Shown: positions 37,792 through 49,037 of the stretch, piece after piece
How positions within the stretch are numbered: position 1 is the first letter of the stretch
Layout of the letters: each line of letters opens with the position of its first letter
Source of the DNA: an uncultured delta proteobacterium
Lineage (GTDB): Bacteria > Myxococcota_A > UBA9160 > SZUA-336
Direction of reading: 5' to 3'
Assembly (NCBI GenBank): GCA_963704165.1
Contig: CAVPHD010000001.1
Location: 352,001-416,000 of the forward strand
DNA length: 64,000 nt
Notes under the pieces: model-generated
What the model was told of the DNA's origin: nothing
Databases searched by the model: none
Seen by the model: the letters and a program-made list of their open reading frames with translations, nothing else
Translations under genes and position numbers: made by a program

Positions 37792-40207
37792 GTGTTGAGC
37801 CCGCTCGAGTTCTCCCTCGCGAGCGGGACGATCCTGCTCCTGGCCGCATTCGTCGCCGTGCTTCGCCCGACCTGGATCGTCGACCATCCGCGTCTGGTGC
37901 TCGGCCTGCTCGCGCTCGTGACGCTCGGCATGGCGGTGGCGCTGGTTCGCCCCGATCCGCTCGGCTTTCGCATCGGCGTGGACGCTTCGAGCGAGCCGAT
38001 GCTTCCCGAGAACGATCCCGGCGAACCGGTCTACCAGCGCGCGATCCTCGACTTCGGCGACGACGACGTCTTCGTGATCGCGATGGAGACCGAGGACGTC
38101 TTCACGCCGGAGAACCTCGGAATTCTGCGGACGGTCAGCGACGAGATCCGCAGGTTGCCCGGCGTGCGCGACACCGAGAGTCTGGTCGACGTCTACGCGT
38201 ATCACTGGGATCCGGGAGACGAGCTCGTCGAGCTCGGCCGCTTCATCGACGAGATCCCGACCGATCCGGCACGCCTGGCCGAGCTGCGGGTCCGCGCGCT
38301 CGACGACCCCCTGTACACCAAGACGATCGTCGCCCGCGATGGGCGCACGGCGGCGATCAACGTCACGTTCAAGTCGATGAGCGACGACGACTTCGTCGAG
38401 CTCGCACTCGACGAACGGATCACGGCCATCCTCGAGGCCGCGGAACGTGACGGCGTCGAGTTCCACGTTACCGGGCGGCCCCACGTGCGCTCGCGCGCGC
38501 ATCACCTTCTGCTCCACGACATGCTGAATCTGATACCGATCGCCGTGGGCGTGGCGGTGCTCGCGCTCTGGTTGATGACAGGATCCGTGCGCGGCACGCT
38601 CGTGCCGCTCGTCGCGAACCTGACCGCGACCTTCTGGGTCTACGGCGCGATGGCGCTCGTGGGTTCGGATCTGAACCTGATCACGCTGGTGCTCGGGCCG
38701 GTGATGATCACGGTCGGCGGCGTCTACGGTGTCCACGTCCTCGCGCGCTACGAGGTCGTGGCGGAGACGTCGGCCGATGCGCGCTCGGCCGCGCTCGAAA
38801 GCCTGCGGCACACGACCGCGCCGGTTCTGATCGCGGGCTGCACGACGATGATCGGCTTCGCCGCGCTGCTGATCAACGAGATTCCCGCGACTAGCGATCT
38901 CGGCGCGTTCTGCGTCTTCGGCGTCGCGTCGATCACGGTGATCTCGCTGACGGGAGTGCCGGCCGCGCTCTCGCTGCTTCCGCTCCGCGGCGCGAATGGC
39001 AGCGGCCGCGCGCTCTACTCCGCGCAGACGAGGCTGGCCGAGTCGGTGCAGCGCGCGATCAAAGCTGCGCTCGGAGGTCTCGGCCGCTTTCAGGTGCGCT
39101 ACGCGCCCTGGGTGCTCGCGTTCTGGGTCCGTGACCGCGATCGCTGCCGGCTCGTTCGTTCCGCGAATCGTCGTCGATACCGACTTCATCACCTACTTCC
39201 TCGAGTCGTCCGACGTGCGCCGGGATTTCGCGGCCGTCAACCGGCTGCTCACCGGCGCGGTGCCGATCTACGTGGTGATGCAGGGGAGCGAGGAGGGAAC
39301 GTTCCGCGAGCCCGACGCGCTTCGCGCCGTGGAGCGCCTGCAGCGGCGGATCGAGGCGCTGCCCGGCGTGACGAGCGTCGCTTCCGTCGTCGATCTGGTG
39401 AAGACCGCGCGGCAGGCGCTCGAGCGGGGCGATCCGGCGGCCGCGCGAATTCCCGATACCCGGCTCGAGACCGCCGAGCTCGTGTTTCTGATCCCCAAGG
39501 AGAAGCTGCGCGCATTTGCGACTTCGAATCACTCGAGCGCGAACCTGCTCGTTCGCACCGATCGGCTCGGCTCCGCCGCGTTGCGAGCAATCGAGACCTC
39601 GATCCGCGCCGAGATCGCCGCAGAGACCCTGCCGGCGGGCCTACACGCCGACGTGACGGGCAACTCCATCCGCATCAACCGCGGCGCGGACGGCATCGCC
39701 GGAAATCAGATCGGGCAGCTCGGGCTCACGGTCGGCTGCATCCTCCTGATCGTGTGGCTGGTCTTCGGTCAGCTCGGGCTCGGCCTGCTCGCATTGCCGA
39801 CGAACGTGATGCCGGTGGTGAACTTCTTCGGCCTGCTCGGCGCCGGCGTCGCGACTCTCTCGGTGCCGACGAGCCTGATCGGCTGCGTCGCGCTCGGAAT
39901 CGCGGTAGACGACACCTGTCACTTCCTGCAGGTGTTTCGAAAGGAGCGCGCGCGCGGCGTGAGTGCCGAGGACGCTGCGCTTCACTGCATCGTCGAGGTC
40001 GGGCGGCCGATGGTGGTGACCTCGATCATGCTCGTCGCGGGCTTCCTGGTGATGCTCTTCTCGAGCTTCGCCACGCTGCGCGAGTTCGGCTACCTGACGG
40101 CGATCACCATGGGGCTCTGCCTCGCGACCGACGTCGGCATGCTTCCGGCGCTGCTCGTGGTGGCAAAGCGCCTCTCCGATCCGCGTCGCGTAGAATTGCC
40201 GGGGTGA
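37792..40207 (+). CDS. MMPL/RND family lipid transporter, frameshift near 39130
   Basis: Two TM bundles (TTMIGFAAL and ALGIAVDDTCH...FATLREFG). The first half is in the 37792 frame and the second in the 38996..40207 frame. Confidence 0.88.
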
Positions 40208-41110
40208 GCGAAGAAGCCGACATCCGCCGCGCATACGACGGCTCGAGCACCGCGTTCCGCGCGCTCGAGGGCGGCGGTTGGGGGGAGCTCGTGAACCTCG
40301 GCTTCTATCCGCTCTACGCGATTCCCGGTGTGCTCTTCGGGCTCGGTCCCTTCCAGCGTCTGCTCGCGCGCCGATCGGTCGCGCTCGTCGAGCCGCGCCC
40401 CGGAATGCGCGTGATCGACGCTGGCTGCGGCCGCGGCTACACGACCGCGCGTTTGGCCGAAGCGGGCTGCGAGGCGATCGGCATCGACCTTCTGGTCGAG
40501 AACACCGAGGCGGCGCGCGCGCGCTACTCCGACTCGACCGGCGCGCACTACGCCACCGCGGACGTCACGCGCTTGCCGGCGTCGGCGTCGGGAATCGAGC
40601 TCGCACCGGGCTCGTTCGACGCGGTCCACTGCCTCGAGGTCGCCTTCCATTTCGGCGCGAAGGGGCGAAGCGACTTCCTCGCCGAGAGCTATCGCATGCT
40701 GCGCCCGGGCGGGCGTCTCGTGCTGGTGGATTTCGTCTGGCGCGACTCGCACCCGGAGCGGATCGATGCGCTCGATCCGCTCCGGCTCGTCCGCGACACC
40801 TGGCGCTTCACCGAGTTCGAGCCGTTCGAGCGCTACCGCTCGAACGCGGCCTCGCTCGGCTTCCGCGAGCGCGAGATCCGGGACTGGACGCGGCCGGTGA
40901 TCGACCGATTCCAGAGAGATCGCGCAGACGAACGCGCGCATCGGCACCTGGCGGCTCGGCCGCATGCTCCTGCGCACGTTCCGACCCGGGTACGCGCGCA
41001 TGCGTGCCGAGGACTGGGAGTTCCTGGTCGAGCTGATGCGCGCGCACGACGCGGTTCGACGCGCGAGCCGGTACGTCGCTTTCGTCTTCGAGAAACCGCT
41101 TGGCGGCTAG
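40204..41110 (+). CDS. Class I SAM-dependent methyltransferase, frameshift near 40915
   Basis: GTGA overlap with the MMPL stop. Motifs VNLGFY, VIDAGCGRG, FDAVHCLEVAFHF and LRPGGRLVLVD. The tail resumes in the next frame to YVAFVFEKPLGG*. Confidence 0.85.
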
Positions 41111-41765
41111 CGGGATCGCGGGCGTTGGCATCGCGGTGGCATTCCTCGCTGCCGGTGGCTCGCTCGCCGCGGACGATTGGCGCCTCCTGGTGACACAGGA
41201 CGGAGTCAGAGTCGAAGAGCGGGTGACGGCGGATCGCCCGCTGCCCGAGCTTCGCGGCACGATCGAGATCGACGCGGGGCTCTTCGAAGTCCTCGCGGTG
41301 ATCACCGACGTCCCCGAGCAGACGAAGTGGATGTTCGACTGCGTCGAGAGCCGCCTCCTGCGCCGGGAGAATGGCGACGTGTCGATCGTCTACAACCGCA
41401 CCACCGCGCCCTGGCCGGTCAGCGATCGGGACGCGGTCCTGCGCAGTGAGATCGTCCTGATCGAACCCCTGAAGCACGCGGTGCTCCGCTTCTCGAACAT
41501 GAGCGATCCCGGCCAGCCGGAGATCGACGGCGTCGTGCGCATGCCTCATCTGGTCGGCGGCTACGACCTTCTGGCGCTCTCGCCCGAAAGGACGCGGATC
41601 ACCTACACGATCGACCTCGACCCGGGCGGCTCGATTCCCGGCTGGGTCGCCGCGCGCACCGCGCGAGAGATGCCGCTTCACACGCTTCTGGGCCTGCGTC
41701 GGCAGGTCGATGCAACGCGCGGGTGGTACTCTGAGTTCGTAAACGCCTGGAGCGCACGGCAGTGA
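41100..41765 (+). CDS. Secreted START/SRPBCC lipid-binding domain protein
   Basis: Signal peptide, WRLLVTQDGVRV, APWPVSDRD and DPGGSIPGWV. Confidence 0.85.
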   Translation: MAASGIAGVGIAVAFLAAGGSLAADDWRLLVTQDGVRVEERVTADRPLPELRGTIEIDAGLFEVLAVITDVPEQTKWMFDCVESRLLRRENGDVSIVYNRTTAPWPVSDRDAVLRSEIVLIEPLKHAVLRFSNMSDPGQPEIDGVVRMPHLVGGYDLLALSPERTRITYTIDLDPGGSIPGWVAARTAREMPLHTLLGLRRQVDATRGWYSEFVNAWSARQ

Positions 41766-41784
41766 CCGCGGCGAGGAGGTCCGG

Positions 41785-42924
41785 ATGATTCGGCGGTTCT
41801 GGCTTGCGCTCGGCGCCCTCGCGGTGCTTGTTACCGGCTGTGATGCAGACGGCGAGAAAGTGGCTGGCGTCCCACCCTCCGTCGTGGTCACGGCGGTCGA
41901 GAAGAGGGACGTCGAGGTCACCTCGGACTGGGTGGGCACCACGACCGGGAACGTGAACGCGCAGATCTACCCCAAGATCCAGGGGTACCTGCTGAGGCAG
42001 AGCTACCTCGACGGTGGCGTCGTGAAGGCGGGCGACCTGCTCTTCGAGATCGACCCGCGCCAGTACCAGGCCGAGTACGACGAGGCGAAGGGTCAGCTCG
42101 CCCGCGCGAAGGCGCTCCTCGTCAAGGCGCAGCAGGACGTCGCCCGCTACACGCCGCTCGCCGCGGAGGGCGCGGTGAGCCAGATGGAGCTCGACGACGC
42201 GATCCAGGCCCGTGCCGCCGGCACGGCGGACGTGGCGGCCGCGCGAGCGGCGCTGCTCGGCGCTCGGCTCAACCTGGACTGGACCCGGGTGAAGTCGCCG
42301 ATCGACGGGGTCGCGGGAATCGCCCGAGCACAGGTCGGCGACCTGGTGAGTCCGCAGAGTCTGCTCACCGAGATCTCTCAGCTCGATCCGATCAAGGTCA
42401 GCTTTCAGGCGAGTGAGATCGAGTACATGCGCTTCGCGAAGCGGATTCGAGAAGCCGAGTCGGCCCGAACGCAGAACGGACGGGTCCCGCTTCAACTGAT
42501 CCTCGCGGATGGCTCCGCCTATCCGGAGTCCGGGCAGTTCAGCGTCGCGGGACTCGACGTGAGCACGACGACCGGCACGATCGAGCTTCAGGCGCTGTTT
42601 CCGAATCCCGGCAATCTGCTCCGCCCCGGGCAGTTCGCGACCGTGCGCGCCGCCACCGACAAGATCGCGGGCGCGTTGCTGATACCGCAGCGCGCGGTCA
42701 GCGACCTCCAAGGAACCCGTCAGGTGGCGGTCGTCGGCCCCGACGACAAGGTCACTCTGAAACGGGTGACGCTCGGCCCGACGATCGGAAGTGACTACGT
42801 CGTGAGCGAAGGTCTCGAGGTGGGCGAGCGCGTCGTCATCGAGGGTCTTCAGAAGATCCGCAACGGCATCGCGGTGACGGTCGAATCGGCAGCCCCGCCG
42901 GCTGTGAGAAAGTCCGGGGACTGA
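41785..42924 (+). CDS. RND efflux periplasmic adaptor (lipoprotein)
   Basis: Lipobox VTGC, LLFEIDPR, VKSPIDG and LLRPGQF. Confidence 0.95.
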   Translation: MIRRFWLALGALAVLVTGCDADGEKVAGVPPSVVVTAVEKRDVEVTSDWVGTTTGNVNAQIYPKIQGYLLRQSYLDGGVVKAGDLLFEIDPRQYQAEYDEAKGQLARAKALLVKAQQDVARYTPLAAEGAVSQMELDDAIQARAAGTADVAAARAALLGARLNLDWTRVKSPIDGVAGIARAQVGDLVSPQSLLTEISQLDPIKVSFQASEIEYMRFAKRIREAESARTQNGRVPLQLILADGSAYPESGQFSVAGLDVSTTTGTIELQALFPNPGNLLRPGQFATVRAATDKIAGALLIPQRAVSDLQGTRQVAVVGPDDKVTLKRVTLGPTIGSDYVVSEGLEVGERVVIEGLQKIRNGIAVTVESAAPPAVRKSGD

Positions 42925-42927
42925 GCG

Positions 42928-45900
42928 ATGGCTCGCTTCTTCATCGATCGCCCGATCGTCGCGATCGTGATCGCAATCCTGACCGTGATCGGTGGGCTCG
43001 CGATGATCCCGCGGCTTCCGATCTCGCAGTACCCCGAGATCGTCCCGCCCGTGATCCAGATCAAGACCACCTACACGGGCGCGGACGCGCTCACGGTGGA
43101 GCAGTCCGTTGCCACGCCGATCGAACAACAGATCAACGGCGTGCAGGGCATGATCTACATGAAGTCGACCAACGGCAGCGACGGCACGCTGACGCTGCAG
43201 GTCAGCTTCGACGTCGGAACCGACGTGAACCTCGATCAGGTCTTCACGCAGAACCGCCTCTCGCAGGCGACCTCGCGGCTGCCGGGGTCGGTCGTCGACT
43301 TCGGAACGACCGTGCAACAGACCGTCGGCGTGCCGCTGCTCGTCGTGCCGATCTACTCGCCGAACGGAAGCTACGACGCGAGCTTCCTCGGCAACTACGC
43401 CACGATCAACCTCGTCGATCAGCTTTCCCGCGTCCCCGGTGTAGGCCAGGTCACCCTCTTCGGCGCAGCCGACTACGCGATGCGCATCTGGGTGCGCCCG
43501 GACACGCTCGCAAAGCTCGAGCTCACCGTGACCGACGTGATCAACGCGATCAAGGCGCAGAACGTCGTGAATCCGGCCGGTCAGATCGGAGCGGAGCCCG
43601 CGCCGGCCGGTCAGGAGTTCACCTACACCGTGACGGCGCAGGGGCGGCTCGTCGAAGCCGAGCAGTTCGGCGAGGTGATCATTCGCGCCAACCCGGACGG
43701 GTCGTACGTGCGCGTGCGCGACGTCGCCCGGATCGAGCTCGGCGCACAGACCTACATGCAGCTCGGCCGATTCCAGGGCAAGCCGGCCGCCGTGCTCGCC
43801 ATCTACCAGTCGCCCGGATCGAACGCTCTGGTGACCGCTGGCGAGCTGAAGTCGCAGCTCGAAGACCTCGCCGGGCGATTCCCCGCCGACATCCGCTACG
43901 ACATCGCGCTCGACACGACGTTGCCGATCAGCGAGGGGATCGACGAGATCGTGACGACGCTCTTCGAGGCGATCGTGCTCGTGATCGCCGTGGTCTTTCT
44001 GTTCCTGCAGGGATGGCGCGCGACGCTGATCCCGCTGATCGCGGTGCCGGTCTCGCTGACCGGCGCCTTCATCTTCTTCCCGATGCTCGGGTTCTCGATC
44101 AACACGCTCTCGCTCCTCGGTCTGGTCCTCGCGGTCGGTATCGTCGTCGACGACGCGATCGTCGTCGTCGAGGCGGTCGAAGTCGGGATCGCGAACGGGT
44201 TGTCACCGCGGGACGCCACGATCAAGGCGATGGAAGAGGTCTCGTCTCCGGTGATCGGGACCTCGCTGATCCTCTGCGCCGTGTTCATCCCGGCCGGGTT
44301 CATCGTCGGAATCACCGGAAGCCTCTACCAGCAGTTCGCGATCACGATCGCGATCTCGGTGCTCATCTCGACCTTCAACGCGCTCTCGCTCTCACCGGCC
44401 CTGTGCGTGCTGTTGCTTCGGCCCAAGCAGCCCGGTACCGGAGTCGTGGAGCGGATCTTCTCGTCGTTCAACGTCGTTCTCGAGCGCGCGACCCAGGGCT
44501 ACCTGAGTCTGGCGTCGGCGGCGGTGCGCCGAACCGCGCGCAGCGCGATCCTGCTCGTCGGAATCACCGTGATCGGTCTGGGCATCGGTCGCTCGCTTCC
44601 GGCTTCGTTCGTGCCCGCCGAGGACCAGGGCTACTTCTTCCTGCAGCTTCAGCTCCCGGACGCGGCGTCGCTGCAGCGCACCGACGTGATCGCGCGTGAC
44701 GTCGAGCGCGTGCTCTCCGAGACCGACGGCGTGCAGAGCTACACTTCGATCGTCGGCTACAGCCTGCTCTCGAACATCTCGCAGAGCTACGCGGGCTTCT
44801 ACTTCGTGCAGCTCACCCCGTGGAAGGATCGCGGGGATCGCACCGCGGACGCGCTGATTCGCGAGCTCAACGGGAGGCTTCGCAGCGTGCCCGGCGCGCA
44901 GGTCTTCGCGTTCGCGCCGCCGGCGATTCCCGGCGTCGGAAATGCGGGCGGATTCGACGTGATGCTTCAGGATCGCGGCGGGAACGACATCGAGTACCTC
45001 ACAGCGGCCACGAAGCGATTCATCGAGGCCGCGAGCCAGCGCCCGGAGCTGGCCGGTGTCGTCACGGTGTTCCGGCCCGACGTCCCCCAGCTCTTCGCCG
45101 ACGTGAACTCCGAGAAGGTCTACAAGCTCGGCATCGACGAACGGGACCTGTACGAGACGCTGCAGGCGCTTCTCGGTTCGGCCTACGTGAATCAGTTCAA
45201 CCGATTCGGCCGGATCTGGAAGGTCTTCCTGCAGGCCGAGCCCGAGTTTCGCGTGAACCCCGAGGACATCGGCGGCTTCCACGTGCGCAACCGCGACCAG
45301 CAGATGGTTCCGCTCTCGACGCTGATGACCACGAGCTCCTCCTTCGGACCCGCGTTCACCAACCGCTACAACCTGTATCGCGCGGTCGAGGTGATCGGGA
45401 GCCCCGCGCCGGGTTTCAGCTCGGGGCAGGCGATGGCGGCGGTCGAAGCGGTCGCGGCCGAAGTCCTTCCCGCCGACATGAGCTACGAGTGGACGAACAT
45501 GTCGTATCAAGAGGCAAACGCCGGCGGCGCCGTGGCCACGTTCGCGCTCTCGCTGGTTTTCGTCTTCCTGATTCTCGCCGCTCTCTACGAGAGCTGGTCG
45601 CTTCCGTGGAGCGTCTTGCTCACTACGCCCGTCGCCGTCTTCGGCGCGTTCTCCGGCATCTGGATGCGCGGCCTCGACAACGACGTCTTCGCGCAGATCG
45701 GCCTGGTCATGCTGATCGGACTGGTGGCGAAGAACGCGATCCTGATCGTCGAGTTCGCGGTGCTCGAGCAGAAGAGCGGGAAGAACGCGGTGGATGCGGC
45801 GCTCACTGCCACGAGGAGCCGCTTCCGGCCGATCCTGATGACGAGCTTCTCGTTCGTTCTCGGCTGCGTCCCGCTCTGGGTCGCGTCGGGCTCGGGCGCG

Positions 45901-46032
45901 ATCGCACGGCAGAGCATCGGCACGACGGTGATCACCGGCATGCTCACGGCGACGTTGGTGGCGACGTTCCTCGTGCCGATGCTCTACGTGGCGGTCGAGC
46001 GGATCGCGAACCGGGGCGCGACGAAGTCATGA
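42928..46032 (+). CDS. RND efflux permease (AcrB/HAE1 family)
   Basis: MARFFIDRP, GIVVDDAIVVVE, KNAILIVEFA and RFRPILMTS. Confidence 0.97.
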   Translation: MARFFIDRPIVAIVIAILTVIGGLAMIPRLPISQYPEIVPPVIQIKTTYTGADALTVEQSVATPIEQQINGVQGMIYMKSTNGSDGTLTLQVSFDVGTDVNLDQVFTQNRLSQATSRLPGSVVDFGTTVQQTVGVPLLVVPIYSPNGSYDASFLGNYATINLVDQLSRVPGVGQVTLFGAADYAMRIWVRPDTLAKLELTVTDVINAIKAQNVVNPAGQIGAEPAPAGQEFTYTVTAQGRLVEAEQFGEVIIRANPDGSYVRVRDVARIELGAQTYMQLGRFQGKPAAVLAIYQSPGSNALVTAGELKSQLEDLAGRFPADIRYDIALDTTLPISEGIDEIVTTLFEAIVLVIAVVFLFLQGWRATLIPLIAVPVSLTGAFIFFPMLGFSINTLSLLGLVLAVGIVVDDAIVVVEAVEVGIANGLSPRDATIKAMEEVSSPVIGTSLILCAVFIPAGFIVGITGSLYQQFAITIAISVLISTFNALSLSPALCVLLLRPKQPGTGVVERIFSSFNVVLERATQGYLSLASAAVRRTARSAILLVGITVIGLGIGRSLPASFVPAEDQGYFFLQLQLPDAASLQRTDVIARDVERVLSETDGVQSYTSIVGYSLLSNISQSYAGFYFVQLTPWKDRGDRTADALIRELNGRLRSVPGAQVFAFAPPAIPGVGNAGGFDVMLQDRGGNDIEYLTAATKRFIEAASQRPELAGVVTVFRPDVPQLFADVNSEKVYKLGIDERDLYETLQALLGSAYVNQFNRFGRIWKVFLQAEPEFRVNPEDIGGFHVRNRDQQMVPLSTLMTTSSSFGPAFTNRYNLYRAVEVIGSPAPGFSSGQAMAAVEAVAAEVLPADMSYEWTNMSYQEANAGGAVATFALSLVFVFLILAALYESWSLPWSVLLTTPVAVFGAFSGIWMRGLDNDVFAQIGLVMLIGLVAKNAILIVEFAVLEQKSGKNAVDAALTATRSRFRPILMTSFSFVLGCVPLWVASGSGAIARQSIGTTVITGMLTATLVATFLVPMLYVAVERIANRGATKS

Positions 46033-47444
46033 GTCGCTCGCTCGCAGCGCTTGCGTCGCTTCTGATCGCGGGCTGCGCGATCGGGCCCGATTACCAGCGG
46101 CCCGAGGTCGCCGAGCCGTCGACCTACCGGGACCGGACGACGCCGGCCGAGTCGGCCTCGCTCGCGGATCTACCGTGGTGGGAGGTCTTCGAGGACGAGG
46201 CGCTGCGCGCGCTGATCGGCGAGGCGCTGGAGAAGAACTACGAGCTGCGCGTCGCCGCTGCGCGGGTCGAGGCGGCGCGCGCGCGCGCCGGGATCGCGCG
46301 CTCGGAGTTCTTTCCGCAGCTCGGCGCGGAGTTCGACGCCACACGCGGCACGAACAGCGTGCTCGGCGCGCCCGCGCCCGGCGCGCCACGCGACGACGCA
46401 TTCCTGCTCGCGGCCGGAATGGCCTGGGAGATCGACGTCTGGGGCCGGATCCGGCGCTCGAACGAGGCAGCGCGCGCAGCACTCCTCGCGACCGAGGCGC
46501 TGCGTCGCGGTGTCGTTCTCTCCCTGACCAGCGACGTCGCGACGAGCTACTTCGAGCTGATCGGGCTCGACCTTGAGCTCGCGATCGCGCGCAGCAACGT
46601 CGATGCCTTCGCGAAGATGCGTGACCTCTTCGAGCGCAAGTTCACGGGCGGCGTCGATTCGAAGCTCGGCATGCTCCGCGCGGAGGCGTCGCTCGCGAGC
46701 TCGGCTTCCGCGATTCCCGAGCTCGAGCGCCGGGTGATCGAGGTCGAGAATCGGCTCTCGATGTTGCTCGGCCGCGAACCGGGTCCGATCGCGCGAGGGC
46801 GGACGCTGCTCGAGCAGAGCGCGCCCCCGCGGATTCCGGCCGGCGTTCCCGCGCAACTTCTTGCCCGCCGTCCGGACATTCTCGAGGCGGAGCAGATCGT
46901 CGTCGCCGCCAACGCGCTCGTCGGCGTGTCGATCTCCGAGTTCCTGCCGCGAATCGGACTCACCGGACTGGTCGGTGGTGCCTCGACCGACCTCAGCGAC
47001 GTCCTGCAGAAAAGAAATGCGCTCTGGTCGATCGCGGGCGTGGCGACCACGCCGATCTTCCGTGGCGGTGCGATCTACTACGGCTGGCGGGAGGCGAAGG
47101 CACGGTGGGAGCAGGCGGCCCTCGCCTACGAGGCGACCGTGCTCGAGGCGCTGCGCGAGGTCTCGGACGCGCTCACCACGCGCGAGAAGCTCGAGGCGAT
47201 TCGCGCGGACCAGGCACGCGCCGTCGAGGCGCTGCAGGAGTCGGTGCGCATCTCAGCGATTCGCTACACCGACGGCCGCGCCAGCTACTTCGAAGTCCTG
47301 GACGCGCAGCAGGATCTCTTCCCGGCCGAGACCGTGCTGGCGCAGACCGAGCGCAACCGACGCATCGCGATCGTGCGGATCTACCGCGCGCTCGGCGGCG
47401 GTTGGTCGCAGTACACCGCGACTCCGCCACCTCCCGCACCGTAG
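46029..47444 (+). CDS. Outer membrane efflux lipoprotein (NodT/OprM family)
   Basis: ATGA overlap. IAGCAIGPDYQRP, WEIDVWGRIRR, RRPDI and YRALGGGW. Confidence 0.95.
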   Translation: MSRSLAALASLLIAGCAIGPDYQRPEVAEPSTYRDRTTPAESASLADLPWWEVFEDEALRALIGEALEKNYELRVAAARVEAARARAGIARSEFFPQLGAEFDATRGTNSVLGAPAPGAPRDDAFLLAAGMAWEIDVWGRIRRSNEAARAALLATEALRRGVVLSLTSDVATSYFELIGLDLELAIARSNVDAFAKMRDLFERKFTGGVDSKLGMLRAEASLASSASAIPELERRVIEVENRLSMLLGREPGPIARGRTLLEQSAPPRIPAGVPAQLLARRPDILEAEQIVVAANALVGVSISEFLPRIGLTGLVGGASTDLSDVLQKRNALWSIAGVATTPIFRGGAIYYGWREAKARWEQAALAYEATVLEALREVSDALTTREKLEAIRADQARAVEALQESVRISAIRYTDGRASYFEVLDAQQDLFPAETVLAQTERNRRIAIVRIYRALGGGWSQYTATPPPPAP

Positions 47445-47456
47445 GAGGATCGGCTC

Positions 47457-48356
47457 TTGCCCAAGACGATCCCGAAGAGCGCGCGCCAGTTCTCGCGACC
47501 CTATCGCGTCACGAGCGGCCGGAGCTTCCGGCTGAAGGATGTCGATCCGGCCGACACCGCCCATCTCGAAACCGACGAGAACGCGAAGGCGTACCTCGCG
47601 GCCGGCGTGCAGATGCTCACCGATCTTCAGGAGCGCCTCTGGGCGGCGGATCGCTGGGGCGTGCTGATGATCTTCCAGGCCATGGACGCCGCGGGCAAGG
47701 ACAGCACGATCAAGCACGTCATGTCCGGCGTGAATCCGCAGGGCGTGCACGTGAACTCATTCAAGGCCCCGTCGGGCGAAGAGCTCGATCACGACTTCCT
47801 GTGGCGAACGACGAAGTGTCTGCCCGAGCGCGGGCGCATCGGGATCTTCAACCGCTCGTACTACGAGGACGTGCTCGTCGTGCGCGTGCACCCGGAACTG
47901 CTCGAGAATCGAAAGCTTCCCGACGCGCTCGTCACGAAGGACATCTGGAAGCAGCGCTTCGAGGACATCCGGGCCTTCGAGCGGTACCTCGCGCGAAACG
48001 GCTATCTCGTGCTCAAGTTCTTTCTGCACATCTCGCGCGAGGAGCAGCGGCGGCGATTCCTGTCGCGCCTGGACGAGCCGGCCAAGAACTGGAAATTCTC
48101 CGCCGGGGACGTCGAGGAACGGCGACACTGGAACGACTACATGGCGGCCTATGAAGACATGATCCAGCACACGTCCGCGAGGCACGCGCCCTGGTACGTC
48201 GTGCCCGCGGATCACAAGTGGTTCGCGCGCCTGGTCGTCGCCTCGGCCTTGATCGACGGGCTGGAATCGCTCGACCTCGAGCTTCCGTCGGTCGACGCGA
48301 CGAAGCGCCGCGAGCTCAGCGCCGCGAGAATCGCGCTCGAGCGGGAGAAGCGCTGA
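47457..48356 (+). CDS. ppk2: Polyphosphate kinase 2 family
   Basis: QAMDAAGKDS, IFNRSYYEDVL, KFFLHIS and APWYVVPADHKW. Confidence 0.93.
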   Translation: MPKTIPKSARQFSRPYRVTSGRSFRLKDVDPADTAHLETDENAKAYLAAGVQMLTDLQERLWAADRWGVLMIFQAMDAAGKDSTIKHVMSGVNPQGVHVNSFKAPSGEELDHDFLWRTTKCLPERGRIGIFNRSYYEDVLVVRVHPELLENRKLPDALVTKDIWKQRFEDIRAFERYLARNGYLVLKFFLHISREEQRRRFLSRLDEPAKNWKFSAGDVEERRHWNDYMAAYEDMIQHTSARHAPWYVVPADHKWFARLVVASALIDGLESLDLELPSVDATKRRELSAARIALEREKR

Positions 48357-49037
48357 GTGGCGACGCGGGGTCTCTGGTCGAACGATCGGAGTCTTTCGAT
48401 CCTGGCGGTCGTGATCGTCTTCACGATCTTCGTGATCGGACCGATCACGCCGGCCAAGGGACCGGGTGTCGTCGTGCTCGCCGCCGGGTACCTCGCTCTC
48501 TTGATCTCGGGAATCCTGTCGGTCGCGCGCAATCGCCGCACCGGCATCGCGGTTTCCGCGCTCGCGCTCGTGAGCGCGGTGACGTACATCGCCGCGCTCT
48601 GGGTGCCCGGCGGGTCGATGAGTCTCTACCGCGCGGTTTCGGCGAGCCTGTTCTGCCTCCTGCTCTCCAGCGTGATCTTCGACCGGATCTTTCGCGCGGG
48701 CAGCGTCACGATCCATCGGATCTCGGGCGCGGTGTCCGCGTATCTTTTGATCGGCCTGGTCTTCGCGTACGTCTACGACGCGATCGAGCTGATCGACCCC
48801 AGCTCGTTCTTCCACGCCCATCCGGGCGTCGATGACGGTCATCGGAACAACCCCATGGTCTACTTCAGCTTCACGACGCTCACGACGCTCGGCTACGGTG
48901 ACGTCACGCCCATCCACCCGCTGGCTCGCTCGCTCGCGAACCTCGAAGCGGTCGTGGGGCAGCTCTTTCCCGCGATCCTGATCGCGAGGCTCGTGGCGCT
49001 CGAGGTCTCGGAGCGGATTTCGGGGCCGACGGCAGAA
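48357..49037 (+). CDS. Potassium-channel-like membrane domain (in frame with the downstream PPase as sequenced)
   Basis: Multiple TM helices and the filter [17 protein letters not shown]. No in-frame stop before ATG 49038. Confidence 0.85.

Noticed and set aside
40908..40922. AGAGAGA tract as a phase-variation or programmed frameshift site
   Set aside because: The tract is too short and matches the general +1 error pattern.
37792..41193. Apparent 1133-aa MMPL-methyltransferase fusion
   Set aside because: The middle is out-of-frame sequence caused by the shift near 39130. The MMPL ends at 40207 and the methyltransferase starts at 40204.
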